Notes: a model not told the origin generated them from the sequence alone. A DNA stretch of 64,000 nt from Ignavibacteria bacterium (GCA_026417495.1 JAOADD010000017.1:17911-81910), one strand, 5' to 3'; numbered from the stretch's first letter, positions 10,866 through 21,121 are shown. Numbers and translations: made by a program.

Positions 10866-12236
10866 TTACAAAGATGCAAGTTCATTATAATAAAATGAAC
10901 AGCTTTTAATTCCATTTAAATAATTTTTCAAATCAAAGTTTTCATTTGGGGAGTGAGCATTTTCATTAGGAAGCCCAAAACCAATTAATACACTATCTGC
11001 ATTCAGATGTTTTTTGAACAAATTAACAATAGGAATTGAACCACCTTCCCTTACAAAAACAGGTTCCACATTGTACGCTCTTTTTAGAGCTTTAGCTGCT
11101 GCTCGTATCGCTTTTGTATTTATTGGTGTTATAGAAGGATAACCACCGTGTAAATATTCTATATCAACATTTACTGTATTTGGGCAAATTTTCTTAACAT
11201 AATTAGTAAACAATTCTGCAATTTTGTCAGGATTTTGATTTGAAACCAATCTAACAGAGACCTTAGCAGATGCTTTTGAAGGAATAATAGTTTTTGCTCC
11301 TTTTCCTTGATATCCTCCCCATATTCCATTACAATCTAAAGTTGGTCTTGCTGTTAATTGTTCTACTGGTGAATACCCAATCTCTCCGTTCAATTCATTT
11401 ACATTAAGCTCTTTCATAAACTCATTCTTATTGAATGGAAGTTTTGCTAATTCCTGTCTCTCTTCCTGAGAAATTTCAATAACATCGTCGTAAAATCCAT
11501 CTATTGTTATCCTTCCATTTTCATCTTTAAGTTTTCCAATTATTTCCGCAAGGACATTAATAGGATTGCCAAGACAACCACCATAAGAACCCGAATGTAA
11601 ATCTCTGTTTGGACCAGTAACATTGATTTGAAAATATGCTAATCCTCTTAAAGCATAACAAATTGAAGGCAAATCTTCTTTATACATCGCAGTATCAGAA
11701 ATAACAACATAGTCACATTCTAAAAGTTTCTTATTATCCTTTATAAAAACCTCAAAATTTGGGCTTCCAATTTCTTCTTCACCTTCAATTAAAAGTTTTA
11801 TATTTAAATCTAATTTGTTCTTTACCTTCAAATATGATTCTATACTTTTAATATGGGTCATAACCTGTCCTTTGTCGTCAGTAGCACCTCTTGCAAAAAT
11901 TTTATTATTTTTTATTACCGGTTCAAAAGGATGATTTTCCCATAATTCAATTGGGTCTACTGGTTGAACATCATAATGCCCATAAATTAATATCGTAGGT
12001 TTATCTCTTCCAGCATTTAACCAATCTGCATATACTATAGGATGCCCATTAGTTTCAAAAACACATACATTCTGCATACCAATTCTATCCAAATGTTCAA
12101 CTAACCAATTAGCACAACGATAAATTTCATTTTTATCACCACTATCATTGCTAATTGATGGAATTCTCAGAAAATCCGAAAGTTCATTTACAAACCGATC
12201 GAAATTTTCCTCTATGTAGCCAATTATTTTATCCAT
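10866..12236 (-). CDS. M20 family dipeptidase/metallohydrolase
   Basis: Motifs GHYDVQP, GATDDKGQ and EGEEEIGS are typical of M20/M25/M40 peptidases. Confidence 0.85.
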   Translation of the reverse strand: MDKIIGYIEENFDRFVNELSDFLRIPSISNDSGDKNEIYRCANWLVEHLDRIGMQNVCVFETNGHPIVYADWLNAGRDKPTILIYGHYDVQPVDPIELWENHPFEPVIKNNKIFARGATDDKGQVMTHIKSIESYLKVKNKLDLNIKLLIEGEEEIGSPNFEVFIKDNKKLLECDYVVISDTAMYKEDLPSICYALRGLAYFQINVTGPNRDLHSGSYGGCLGNPINVLAEIIGKLKDENGRITIDGFYDDVIEISQEERQELAKLPFNKNEFMKELNVNELNGEIGYSPVEQLTARPTLDCNGIWGGYQGKGAKTIIPSKASAKVSVRLVSNQNPDKIAELFTNYVKKICPNTVNVDIEYLHGGYPSITPINTKAIRAAAKALKRAYNVEPVFVREGGSIPIVNLFKKHLNADSVLIGFGLPNENAHSPNENFDLKNYLNGIKSCSFYYNELASL

Positions 12237-13731
12237 TCTTTTGCGATTTTAACACTTTGATTGCATCTATTGCTTCTTGATTACCAGGTTCTACTTCTAA
12301 AGTCTTCTCGTAGTATTTTATAGCATTATCTTTATCATCAAGAGCTCTATAAGACTTAGCGATAAATATATATGCCACACTTGTAGGTTTATATTCAGTT
12401 GAGATTAATAAATTTTTTATTGCTGATTCATAGTCTTTTATATAATTATAAGCTAAACCGAGGTATAGATAAACAGCACCATTCTTATAATTTTTAGAGA
12501 TTGCTTTTTCAAAATATGTTATAGCTGGTTCAAGAATTTCATTGTTGAAATATCCTCTCCCCATTTCGAAATCCAATTCTCCAGATTGAGGATAAGCTCC
12601 AACTCCTTTATTATAATATTTCAATGCATTATCAAAATCTTTAACATATTTATTTGAGTACATTTCTATAAAATTGATATAGTCATCTAAATCCAAATCA
12701 CTTTCTTTAATTTTTTCATAATAATTTAGAGACTTTTTATAATTTTCTACTACTGTAGCTGAATCGTTTGATGGTTTTTCATTGTATATTTTCCCAAGAT
12801 ATCTATAACATTCTGAAATATATGCAGTATCAAGATTTATTATTCCAAGGAATATCTTCTCAGCATCATCGTATTTTCTTAGATTAAATTTACTTCTAGC
12901 GAGATAATACTTCCCTCTCGCAGAATTTGGTTTTAGTTCGGAATATGTTGAAAAAGCATCTTCTGCAAGATTGTATCTACCAACTATAAATAATAAATAT
13001 CCTTTTTCATAATATGCTTCTGCAAATTTTGGGTCAGCAGAAATTGCGGATTCATAAGATTTAAACGATTCGTTATAATATTCTTTTTTCTTCTCTTCAT
13101 CGTCAGTTATAAGATATAACTTATAGTATGCTCTACCTAATCCGTAAAATGCAGGTGCATATTTAGGTTTTATTGATAAAGCTTTTTTATACTTTTCTAT
13201 TGCAACTTTGTATGTTTCTCTGTCATAATATGCATCTCCAAGAGCTACTAATATTTCTACATTATTCTTATCATTAATTTCTGCATTTGTTAATATTGTA
13301 ATTGCATCATCAATCTTTCCTTGTGCTAGATAAATTTTTGATTGAGATACAAGTACAGGTACATAATTTGGATTTATTTTCAATGCTTTTTTGTAATAAC
13401 TATCTGCAGCCTTATAATCTTTTTGTATTGCCTTTATATCTCCTAAATATTTAAGTGCATCTATTCCTTCATCATCATCTTCAAGAGCAATCTTAAAATA
13501 TTTTTCTGCTTCTTTATAATTTTCTGTCATAAAAAGAGCATAAGCATACCAATAATTAACATCATAATCATCATCATTTTTAACAACATCTTTTAATAAC
13601 TGAATTCCAGTTGTGTAATCACCTTTTTTAACTGCTTCAATACCTTTTTTCTTATTATCCTGAGCAAATAAGTTGTTAAATAAAAATAGTAGTACGAGCA
13701 AAACTAAAAAGTATTTTATTATTTTTTCCAT
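12229..13731 (-). CDS. secreted tetratricopeptide-repeat protein
   Basis: Signal peptide MEKIIKYFLVLLVLLFLFNNLFAQ. Numerous 34-aa TPR-like units (A..YY..AL..NP.Y) run along the whole length. Confidence 0.8.
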   Translation of the reverse strand: MEKIIKYFLVLLVLLFLFNNLFAQDNKKKGIEAVKKGDYTTGIQLLKDVVKNDDDYDVNYWYAYALFMTENYKEAEKYFKIALEDDDEGIDALKYLGDIKAIQKDYKAADSYYKKALKINPNYVPVLVSQSKIYLAQGKIDDAITILTNAEINDKNNVEILVALGDAYYDRETYKVAIEKYKKALSIKPKYAPAFYGLGRAYYKLYLITDDEEKKKEYYNESFKSYESAISADPKFAEAYYEKGYLLFIVGRYNLAEDAFSTYSELKPNSARGKYYLARSKFNLRKYDDAEKIFLGIINLDTAYISECYRYLGKIYNEKPSNDSATVVENYKKSLNYYEKIKESDLDLDDYINFIEMYSNKYVKDFDNALKYYNKGVGAYPQSGELDFEMGRGYFNNEILEPAITYFEKAISKNYKNGAVYLYLGLAYNYIKDYESAIKNLLISTEYKPTSVAYIFIAKSYRALDDKDNAIKYYEKTLEVEPGNQEAIDAIKVLKSQKNG

Positions 13732-13745
13732 AGTATATAATTTAA

Positions 13746-14753
13746 TTATTCTAATTTGATTATTCTGACTGGTTGAGTAACAGGAACTAAACCCCTTTTT
13801 AGTATGACTTTTTGACCATCAGCGTGTAGTAGAAATGTAGTAAATCCATATGCTGCTGTAAAGTCAAACTCGGTGGAGAATAGATAAACTTTTCTTATGT
13901 AAGGATATTTTCTATATGCAACAGTCCCTTGATGAAATATTTCAAAATCTGTTTGTCTTCCTGAAGGATATATTCTTGAAACTCTTATTCCTCTTACCGT
14001 TGTATCTTGTTCATCCTGATTACCTATCGAAATCCATGCTAAGTTTACAAAACCAATTGCATTCTTATGTTTTCGGATACCTTCTATTAATTGCGCTGAA
14101 GTTGAACAAACTCTCGCAGATTCAGAAAAATTCATTTTGTCTAATACTGAATCTTTTACTAATTCGTATGCTGATGAATTAGGTCTTTGGATATATAGTT
14201 TAATCTCATTTAAGTTACCTTTAAAAAATTGTTTTGCTTTTTGATTCTGCTCCTCATCTTGTACTTTTATATCAGTCCAATTTTTATATTCTCCTGTAAA
14301 TATCTTCTTTAAATCTGAGGATGTTAATCGCTCTATAGGGGAAGCAGGGTTTACTATAAAACCAATTCCATCTAACGCTACTTCGTATCTTTGAATTTCT
14401 AATTTTACATCTTTAATGAATTTATTTTCTTCTTCATTAAAATCTCTTGCTACTAATATAACTTTGTGGTCTCTGTTCAACAAATCTGCAATTGCAACCT
14501 TTGCAGGTTTTACAACAAAATTTACTTTTGCTTCTTTATAGATTCTTTCGAACTCTGATTTTAAATCATTTAATAAAGGTTCTAAATTTTCATCTACATA
14601 TATTGTTGTTTCCCCTACCGTAGCTTTTGATTTTATTTCCCCATAATCACAACCTGAAAAGAAGAGAAAAGGAAAGGATAATAATATCGCAACAAAACTA
14701 TTTCTTAATCTTCTTCTTAAGTAATTCATCTTTTGCTTCTTCAATTCTTTCAT
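13746..14753 (-). CDS. PstS-family periplasmic phosphate-binding lipoprotein (PBP-like)
   Basis: Lipobox FFSGC. PBP-like C-terminal half with NAIGFVNLAW, resembling the PstS GAIGYV motif. The true start is possibly the Met at 14729. Confidence 0.65.
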   Translation of the reverse strand: MKELKKQKMNYLRRRLRNSFVAILLSFPFLFFSGCDYGEIKSKATVGETTIYVDENLEPLLNDLKSEFERIYKEAKVNFVVKPAKVAIADLLNRDHKVILVARDFNEEENKFIKDVKLEIQRYEVALDGIGFIVNPASPIERLTSSDLKKIFTGEYKNWTDIKVQDEEQNQKAKQFFKGNLNEIKLYIQRPNSSAYELVKDSVLDKMNFSESARVCSTSAQLIEGIRKHKNAIGFVNLAWISIGNQDEQDTTVRGIRVSRIYPSGRQTDFEIFHQGTVAYRKYPYIRKVYLFSTEFDFTAAYGFTTFLLHADGQKVILKRGLVPVTQPVRIIKLE

Positions 14754-14952
14754 GATCCTCTTTATATTTTTGCATCTTAATTTTTGATAAAAAATTTAGA
14801 AATCTATATACACCATAAGCCGCAAAGACCACTCCAAATGTAATTCTAAGGTTTAAACTTAATCCTGGTGCTGCAACTCCAAAAATTATTAAAATACCTA
14901 CAACAGTTACAACAACAGAAGTTACTATATTAATAATTAAAGCAGGTTTCAT
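14698..14952 (-). CDS. small two-TM membrane protein
   Basis: 84 aa with two hydrophobic helices and a Lys/Glu-rich tail. No motif recognised. Confidence 0.45.
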   Translation of the reverse strand: MKPALIINIVTSVVVTVVGILIIFGVAAPGLSLNLRITFGVVFAAYGVYRFLNFLSKIKMQKYKEDHERIEEAKDELLKKKIKK

Positions 14953-14981
14953 TATAAAATGTGTGGTATTTTAACCACACA
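14953..14981 (-). terminator. stem-loop with U-tract between tonB-like gene and the next gene
   Basis: A perfect 8-bp stem, tgtgtggt (14960-14967) pairing with accacaca (14974-14981), has a 6-nt loop. On the minus strand it is followed by TTTTATAAT, which runs directly into the ATG at 14952. Confidence 0.5.
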
Positions 14982-14995
14982 AAAATTTATTAACA

Positions 14996-15931
14996 TTAAT
15001 TCTCTTCTTTCTTGGGTTGTTCCTTTTTCTCTTCTTTTTCTTCCTTCTTTTCCTCGTCGTCTTTCTTCTTAAATCCTTCTTGCTTCAATGTAAAGTTAAA
15101 TGGTACAGTAACCCAACATTTTACTGCATTTCCTTGTTGAATTGCCGGAGTAAATCTAAGTGCAGTTACTTTTGACATAACTTCATCTCTGAATACATCA
15201 GGACCGTTATAACTTCCAACCTGAATTACAGAACCATCAGTTCCTACTAATACCTGAACAGAAACCCTTCCTTCAATACCATTTTGCTTTGCAATCTCTG
15301 GATATCTCATTGATGCTCTTACAGCAGCGAGATTAACAGCTTGTGGTGCTTTATCAACTTCAAATTGCTTATAGGTCTTTTCTTTATCAACTTTAGTAAT
15401 TTCTTTTTTCTCTTCTTGCTTTACAACTTCTTCAATTTTCTTTACATCTTCCTTAGTTCTTATTGGACCTTCAGATATTATATCTTTACCTTCTATATCT
15501 TCTTTCCCAATATTTCGCGTCTCCTTCATCTGTTCTTCAACACTTTTCAACTTGTCAATATCAGCTTTCTCTCTTGCTGCTGGTTCTGGATTTAATTGTT
15601 CCAAATCTTTAACTTGTTTTACTTGCTGGACTTCTTCAACCTCTGGCGGAGCTTCAGACTTATCACTTTCCTCTTCACTCTGTGTTGATTGTATATCTTT
15701 TAAAACCACTTCTTGTCTTTTTCTAAGTTCTTCTTCTTTTCTTTTCGCTTCTATATATTCAGAGAATGCATAAGCAGCAATGAAAAACGCATGGAAGAAT
15801 ATTGCAACAATTAAGCCGCCTAAAGCAAACTTTTTGTATACTTTCATAAGCTCTGGAGCACCATATTTCATCTTCTCGAAGAGTGGTTCTGTGAAACCCA
15901 CTTGTTGATTTATGTTTTTTTCATCAGGCAT
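14996..15931 (-). CDS. energy transducer TonB family protein
   Basis: N-terminal TM, a long Glu/Lys-rich spacer, and a C-terminal TonB domain (MRYPEIAKQNGIEGRVSVQVLVGTDGSV...FTPA...VTVPFNF). Confidence 0.85.
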   Translation of the reverse strand: MPDEKNINQQVGFTEPLFEKMKYGAPELMKVYKKFALGGLIVAIFFHAFFIAAYAFSEYIEAKRKEEELRKRQEVVLKDIQSTQSEEESDKSEAPPEVEEVQQVKQVKDLEQLNPEPAAREKADIDKLKSVEEQMKETRNIGKEDIEGKDIISEGPIRTKEDVKKIEEVVKQEEKKEITKVDKEKTYKQFEVDKAPQAVNLAAVRASMRYPEIAKQNGIEGRVSVQVLVGTDGSVIQVGSYNGPDVFRDEVMSKVTALRFTPAIQQGNAVKCWVTVPFNFTLKQEGFKKKDDEEKKEEKEEKKEQPKKEEN

Positions 15932-15936
15932 ATCTA

Positions 15937-15942
15937 CCTCCT
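15937..15942 (-). promoter_or_regulatory. Shine-Dalgarno (AGGAGG) of the tonB-like gene
   Basis: Plus-strand cctcct is AGGAGG on the minus strand, 5 nt upstream of the ATG at 15931. Confidence 0.6.
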
Positions 15943-16057
15943 AATATTGTAGTTTGTATTTATTTCTACTTTATATACTATGTTATTAATTTTTTAGTTC
16001 CTTGCAATTTAAACAATAATAATCAAATATAAAATATATTTCTTAAGCTAAAAAAAT

Positions 16058-17170
16058 TCATTGATTAGGTGGAAAGTAAGGTAGTATTCCAATAGGATTT
16101 CTAAAATATTTTTTTACCAATTCTTCATCGGAATACTCCTCTTCATCAGATGAACTTTCCTGAGACTCCTCATCTAAAAGTTCTCCTACAATCTCTAAAT
16201 ATTCTTCATTATCTTGATAAATCAACTCTTCAATTTCTAAATTTATTTTTAATCTATCAATGTAAGTACTACTTATCCTATATGTGGTTTTTGGTAATTT
16301 CTGAATTTCCGGAATTTTCTTATCATAACTTATATATATTCCTGAAGTTGGTATTACTGAAGGGTCAATTACAACATAATATCTTTCTCTTGTATAATAA
16401 TTTCCATTTAATATGTTATATAAATTTTTAGCAAGCATTAACTTAAATTCTTCTTTTGTAGGTTTTTGTTCATACTCAAAATCTTTGGGAGCAAAGCCAA
16501 CAGTTCTAGCTGTATACCCATTATGAGCTAACACAAGCGTCCCAATTGGACATTCTTTAAAAAGTTTTGCAGCATCTTCATGTCTCATTCTAATGCAACC
16601 ATGGGAAGAAGGCATTTTACCTAATGCATAATAGTAACCTGTACCATTAAGTGAATGAAAACCAATACCTTGATTAAAAGTCATAAAATGATACATATCT
16701 GCATTATTATATTGAGATGATAAATGATGCGGATTCTTATAATTTATTGCGAAAAGACCAGGTCTTGATTCTACACTTCGAGATAAATACTTGTTACCAG
16801 TTGATACTGGATAAACATTAACTTTTCCATTTCTCCACCTTTGATATAACATTTGTTGGTCAATTCTTAATTCTAACCAGCAATCTAATGTGGTGTAAAC
16901 CGTATCTTTTAGTCGAGTGGATAAGTCCTCTGCGGAAAGTATATTTATTTTATATCGTTCGGAAAGAAAACTATCTTTACATACCTCGATAAAATTAGTT
17001 TTGTATACATTTATTGATATTGAATCGTTAGTTTTAATTGTATATCCCGCAAAGGAAAGTAATAAAATCAATAATGGATAAATAGAGAAAATAATTATTT
17101 TTCCATTGTAACCCTTTCTTTTCCCTCCTTTTTCTTCTTTTTCAGTATTAGTATCGCTATTATTTAACAT
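16058..17170 (-). CDS. L,D-transpeptidase (YkuD domain) with N-terminal TM anchor and acidic C-terminal tail
   Basis: Catalytic motif PSSHGCIRMRHEDA is the H-G-C of YkuD. Confidence 0.85.
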   Translation of the reverse strand: MLNNSDTNTEKEEKGGKRKGYNGKIIIFSIYPLLILLLSFAGYTIKTNDSISINVYKTNFIEVCKDSFLSERYKINILSAEDLSTRLKDTVYTTLDCWLELRIDQQMLYQRWRNGKVNVYPVSTGNKYLSRSVESRPGLFAINYKNPHHLSSQYNNADMYHFMTFNQGIGFHSLNGTGYYYALGKMPSSHGCIRMRHEDAAKLFKECPIGTLVLAHNGYTARTVGFAPKDFEYEQKPTKEEFKLMLAKNLYNILNGNYYTRERYYVVIDPSVIPTSGIYISYDKKIPEIQKLPKTTYRISSTYIDRLKINLEIEELIYQDNEEYLEIVGELLDEESQESSSDEEEYSDEELVKKYFRNPIGILPYFPPNQ

Positions 17171-17252
17171 TTTTCTTTAAATACTCATAATATTATCATT
17201 TAATATAATATATTTATAAATAAAATACTATTCATTAATTTTGATGATAAAT

Positions 17253-18074
17253 CTATCCGAATTTCCCAATAATATATTGTTCCGTTAATTTTTTCTTCGG
17301 ATTGGTAAAAATTACTCTTGTTCTATCAATTTCAATTAATTCACCCAAAAACATAAATGCTGTGTAATTACTTATACGCGCAGCTTGTTGCATATTATGA
17401 GTTACAATTACAACAGTATAGTTATTTTTTATTTCATATATCGTTTCTTCTATAACGGCGGTTGATTTAGGGTCTAATGCACTTGTTGGTTCGTCCATTA
17501 AGATAATTTCAGGTGAAACAGCGATACTTCTTGCTATGCACAGTCTTTGTTGTTGCCCCCCTGAAAGTTCTAATGCAGATTTTTTAAGTCTATCCTTAAC
17601 TTCTTCCCACAAGCCTGCTTGTTTGAGAGAGTTCTCAACAATTTCATCAGCTTCGTTTTTATTTAATTTATTAGTATACTTAATTCCAGAAATTACATTT
17701 TCATAAATTGACATAGTTGGAAATGGATTAGGTTTTTGAAATACCATACCAACTTTTTTTCTTAAATCTGTAGCATTGAAATCCATTATATTTTTCCCAA
17801 ATAAAAATATTTTACCTGTAACCCTAGCTCCTGGAGTTAAATCGTGCATAAAATTAAATGATCTCAATAATGTGGATTTTCCACATCCTGACGGACCGAT
17901 TATTGCTGTAATATTATTCTTTTTAATGTCAATATTTACATCTTTTATCGCATATTTCCCAAAAAAGGTTACTGAGAGATTTTTTGTTTTTATTGCAACA
18001 TCAGGAGAAATCTCTTCAACAGTATCAAGAGTTTCTATATTTTCACTTTTTGTATTTAATAAATCATTTTTCAA
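17253..18074 (-). CDS. pstB: phosphate ABC transporter ATP-binding protein
   Basis: Walker [10 protein letters not shown], signature [13 protein letters not shown], Walker [12 protein letters not shown]. The PstB-like length and C-terminus, and adjacency to pstA/pstC, agree. Confidence 0.92.
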   Translation of the reverse strand: MKNDLLNTKSENIETLDTVEEISPDVAIKTKNLSVTFFGKYAIKDVNIDIKKNNITAIIGPSGCGKSTLLRSFNFMHDLTPGARVTGKIFLFGKNIMDFNATDLRKKVGMVFQKPNPFPTMSIYENVISGIKYTNKLNKNEADEIVENSLKQAGLWEEVKDRLKKSALELSGGQQQRLCIARSIAVSPEIILMDEPTSALDPKSTAVIEETIYEIKNNYTVVIVTHNMQQAARISNYTAFMFLGELIEIDRTRVIFTNPKKKLTEQYIIGKFG

Positions 18075-18940
18075 GATACACCGTATTTTCTTTTTGTAAC
18101 GAATTTTACTATTAAACTAATAACAAATACAAGCGTGATTAAGATTAAAGCACCTGTCCAGGCTTTTCTATGCCAGTCTTCATAAGGCGAAATTGCATAA
18201 TTGAAAATCTGAACTGCTATTGATGATATAGGTTCATCTAATTTTGTACTCCAAAAATTGTTACCAAAAGATGTAAAAAGTAAAGGTGCTGTCTCACCTG
18301 CAATTCTAGCAATTGCCAATAAAATACCATTTATGATTCCAGGAGATGCTGCTTTAAGTACTATAAATAAGGTAGTTTTCCATCTTGTAATACCTAATGC
18401 AAGCGATGCTTCTCGCAATGTCATTGGAATCAATTTTAGCATTTCCTCAGTTGTTCTACTTATTATGGGAATCATTAAAATTCCTAATGCAACCCCTCCT
18501 GCAATAGCGGAAAACCTTTGCATTGGAATAACAATTAATCCGTACACAAATATACCGATGATAATAGATGGTGTTCCACTTAAAACATCTGTAAGGAATT
18601 TAAGTACAAGAGACATAGTAGTTTTTGAGAATTCAGAAAGGTATATTCCCGATAGCACTCCTATTGGTATTCCAAACGAACTACCAATTGCAATTAATAT
18701 CAATGTCCCAACTATTGCATTTGCAATACCACCTCCTTCTTCCCCTACTGGTTTTGGCATTTCAATTATAAAATTTAAATTAAGAGAAGATATACCTGCA
18801 AAAGTTGTATAAAAAAATATGTAAATCAGTGGTATTATTGTTATGATACTTGATAATACACAAAAAGATATCATCAAGAAATTTTTCGCTTTTCTACTTT
18901 TTAAGTTACTTTTCTTAGTTACCAATACTTCTCTGGTCAT
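18071..18940 (-). CDS. pstA: phosphate ABC transporter permease PstA
   Basis: 6-TM permease with the EAA-type loop [14 protein letters not shown]. It overlaps pstB by 4 nt. Confidence 0.9.
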   Translation of the reverse strand: MTREVLVTKKSNLKSRKAKNFLMISFCVLSSIITIIPLIYIFFYTTFAGISSLNLNFIIEMPKPVGEEGGGIANAIVGTLILIAIGSSFGIPIGVLSGIYLSEFSKTTMSLVLKFLTDVLSGTPSIIIGIFVYGLIVIPMQRFSAIAGGVALGILMIPIISRTTEEMLKLIPMTLREASLALGITRWKTTLFIVLKAASPGIINGILLAIARIAGETAPLLFTSFGNNFWSTKLDEPISSIAVQIFNYAISPYEDWHRKAWTGALILITLVFVISLIVKFVTKRKYGVS

Positions 18941-18941
18941 A

Positions 18942-19778
18942 TTATTTCATACCCGATTTAAATGTTATACTGTAAATTAATAACCTTGCAATTGAATTGA
19001 TAATGAATGAAACAACGAATAAGAAAAATCCAATCTCAATAAGTGCTGAAATGTGCATTTTACCTGATGCTTCAGCAAATTCATTTGCAATAACAGAAGC
19101 CATTGTATAAGCTGGTTCGAATAGTGAAGCCTTGATTTGAGCTTTATTACCGATTACCATTGTAACTGCCATTGTTTCTCCTAATGCCCTACCTAAACCT
19201 AGAGCGATTGCACCAAGGATTCCACTTTTTGCATTTAAAAGTGCCATTTTAATAGTTTCCCATTTCGTTGCTCCTAATGCATAAGCAGCTTCCCTTTGAG
19301 ATACTGGAATTACTTTTAGAACTTCTCTCGAGATAGATGTAATTATTGGTGTGATCATAATTGCAAGAATAATACCTGCTGTCATCATACCAAAACCATA
19401 TGGGGTCCCTTGAAATAGTGGCAAAAAGCCAAAATATTTATTCAACATAGGCTGAAATGTCTCTCGCATATAGGGAGCGAGTACAAATATTCCCCAAAAA
19501 CCATAAATTATACTTGGAATAGCAGCAAGTATTTCAACAAGAAAACTTACGACAGTACTAAGAGTTTTTCCAGCAATTTCAGATAAAAAAATTGCAACAC
19601 CCAAGCTTATTGGTAATGAAATAATTAGCGCAATAATAGATGAAATAACAGTTCCGTAAATAAAGGTTAAAGCACCAAACTCCTCCTTGTATGGATCCCA
19701 TTCAGAACTGAACAGAAAACCTATTCCAAACTTTTCTCGGGTAGGTTCCGAATCCTGATAAATTTCATATATTATCAT
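18942..19778 (-). CDS. pstC: phosphate ABC transporter permease PstC (the listed ATG probably truncates the N-terminus; see findings)
   Basis: EAA loop REAAYALGATKWET. The N-terminal region FGIGFLFSSEWDPYKEEFGALTFIYGT matches the PstC pattern. The frame stays open upstream to 19907 and encodes the expected TM1. Confidence 0.88.
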   Translation of the reverse strand: MIIYEIYQDSEPTREKFGIGFLFSSEWDPYKEEFGALTFIYGTVISSIIALIISLPISLGVAIFLSEIAGKTLSTVVSFLVEILAAIPSIIYGFWGIFVLAPYMRETFQPMLNKYFGFLPLFQGTPYGFGMMTAGIILAIMITPIITSISREVLKVIPVSQREAAYALGATKWETIKMALLNAKSGILGAIALGLGRALGETMAVTMVIGNKAQIKASLFEPAYTMASVIANEFAEASGKMHISALIEIGFFLFVVSFIINSIARLLIYSITFKSGMK

Positions 19779-19957
19779 TAATACAATGATAATAATAGAA
19801 ATAGCAAAGATAAGAGTAACTTTTTCAAAGATTATATCACTAAGTTTTCTTTTGCTTCTTATTTCGTTAGCGACTCTCTTAATAGTTGTGAAATTATTTA
19901 ATTTAACTTACAAAAAATGAAAATTTTCTTGTGTTAAGAAATTATTAAGAAATTTAA

Positions 19958-21121
19958 TTATACAACAAATAAAGTAAAACCTTTAAGATAACTTGTCTCT
20001 GGCATTTGTGGTAATATAGGATGATCATATGAACATTTTGAACAATCGATTAATTTTACTTCCCTACCTGCTTTGATTGCTGATTTCCCAATTGCTATTA
20101 GAAACTTATCTTCCGTTATGTGATGTGAGCAACTAAATGTAAATAAAAATGAATTTTTCTTTAACAATTTTAATGCTTTTGAGTTGAGTTCAATGTACCC
20201 ATTTAAAGCTGACTTTATGTTCTTCTTGGATTTTGTAAAAGAAGGAGGATCAAGAATTACTATATCAAAACTTTTATCCTTATAGTTATTAAGAAAGTCA
20301 AAAACATCGTCCTTTATAAATTCAATATTGTTAAATTCATTCAATTCTGAGTTTCTAATTGCTCTTTTTATAGCTTTTTCTGAAACATCAACACCAATTA
20401 CTTTTTTAGCATTTTTATATGCTGCATTTAGCGCAAAACCTCCCTCATAACAAAACAAATCTAATACTTCCGAGTCATCTCTTATGTAATCCCTGAGTTT
20501 CTTTCTATTCATATTTTGGTCAAGATAAAATCCTGTTTTTTGTCCTTCCTCCAAATTAATTATGAACTTTACACCATCAATTTGTATGATTTTTTCCAGT
20601 TCACCTGAAGTTTTAACCGTCCTTTCAATAAGTTCCAAACCTTCTAATTCCCTACTTTGTATATTATTCTTCTCTATAATAAATCGTGGTGAAAAAATTT
20701 CATCAATAACTTTAATTATTTCCTCTTTGAATAATTCCATACCCGCAGATGAAATTTGAAAAGATATGAAGTCATCAAATCTATCTATAACTAAACCTGG
20801 TAAAAAATCGCTTTCTGAATTAACAACACGGTAAACATTATTAATTGGATATATTTTTAATCTTCTGTTATTTGCATTGATAATTTTTTCTTTAAAGAAA
20901 TCATAATTTATCTCTTCTTTTTTATATGTAATCAGTCTGAAAGCAATCAAGGATTTTTTATTATAAAAACCTCTTCCTAAAAATGTTTTCCCGTGAGTAT
21001 ATAAGTCAGCTACAGGATAATCAGTATGTTGCCCATCAATATCTTCGATTTCATTACTAAAAACCCATAAATGGCCTGCAAGTATTCTACGCTCTTCATT
21101 TTTTTTCAAAAAAATTCTCAT
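19958..21121 (-). CDS. rlmI: class I SAM-dependent 23S rRNA (cytosine-C5) methyltransferase, RlmI-like
   Basis: PUA-like N-terminus MRIFLKKNEERRILAGHLWVFSNEI and a SAM-MTase core (VLDLFCYEGGFAL, DPPSF). I use the ATG at 21121 rather than 21151 to avoid overlapping the upstream gene. Confidence 0.75.
   Translation of the reverse strand: MRIFLKKNEERRILAGHLWVFSNEIEDIDGQHTDYPVADLYTHGKTFLGRGFYNKKSLIAFRLITYKKEEINYDFFKEKIINANNRRLKIYPINNVYRVVNSESDFLPGLVIDRFDDFISFQISSAGMELFKEEIIKVIDEIFSPRFIIEKNNIQSRELEGLELIERTVKTSGELEKIIQIDGVKFIINLEEGQKTGFYLDQNMNRKKLRDYIRDDSEVLDLFCYEGGFALNAAYKNAKKVIGVDVSEKAIKRAIRNSELNEFNNIEFIKDDVFDFLNNYKDKSFDIVILDPPSFTKSKKNIKSALNGYIELNSKALKLLKKNSFLFTFSCSHHITEDKFLIAIGKSAIKAGREVKLIDCSKCSYDHPILPQMPETSYLKGFTLFVV

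Noticed and set aside
18258-18812. 184-aa plus-strand ORF antisense to pstA (also the 164-aa ORF at 28079-28573 antisense to tyrS)
   Set aside because: Both are fully contained in well-supported genes on the opposite strand and are read one base out of codon register with the sense gene. They have no start context or motifs. They are typical shadow ORFs of conserved genes.
19925-19941. Hairpin tttctt/aagaaa after rlmI as a terminator
   Set aside because: The stem is 6 bp with a single G:C pair. In this composition it is indistinguishable from chance, so I did not annotate it.
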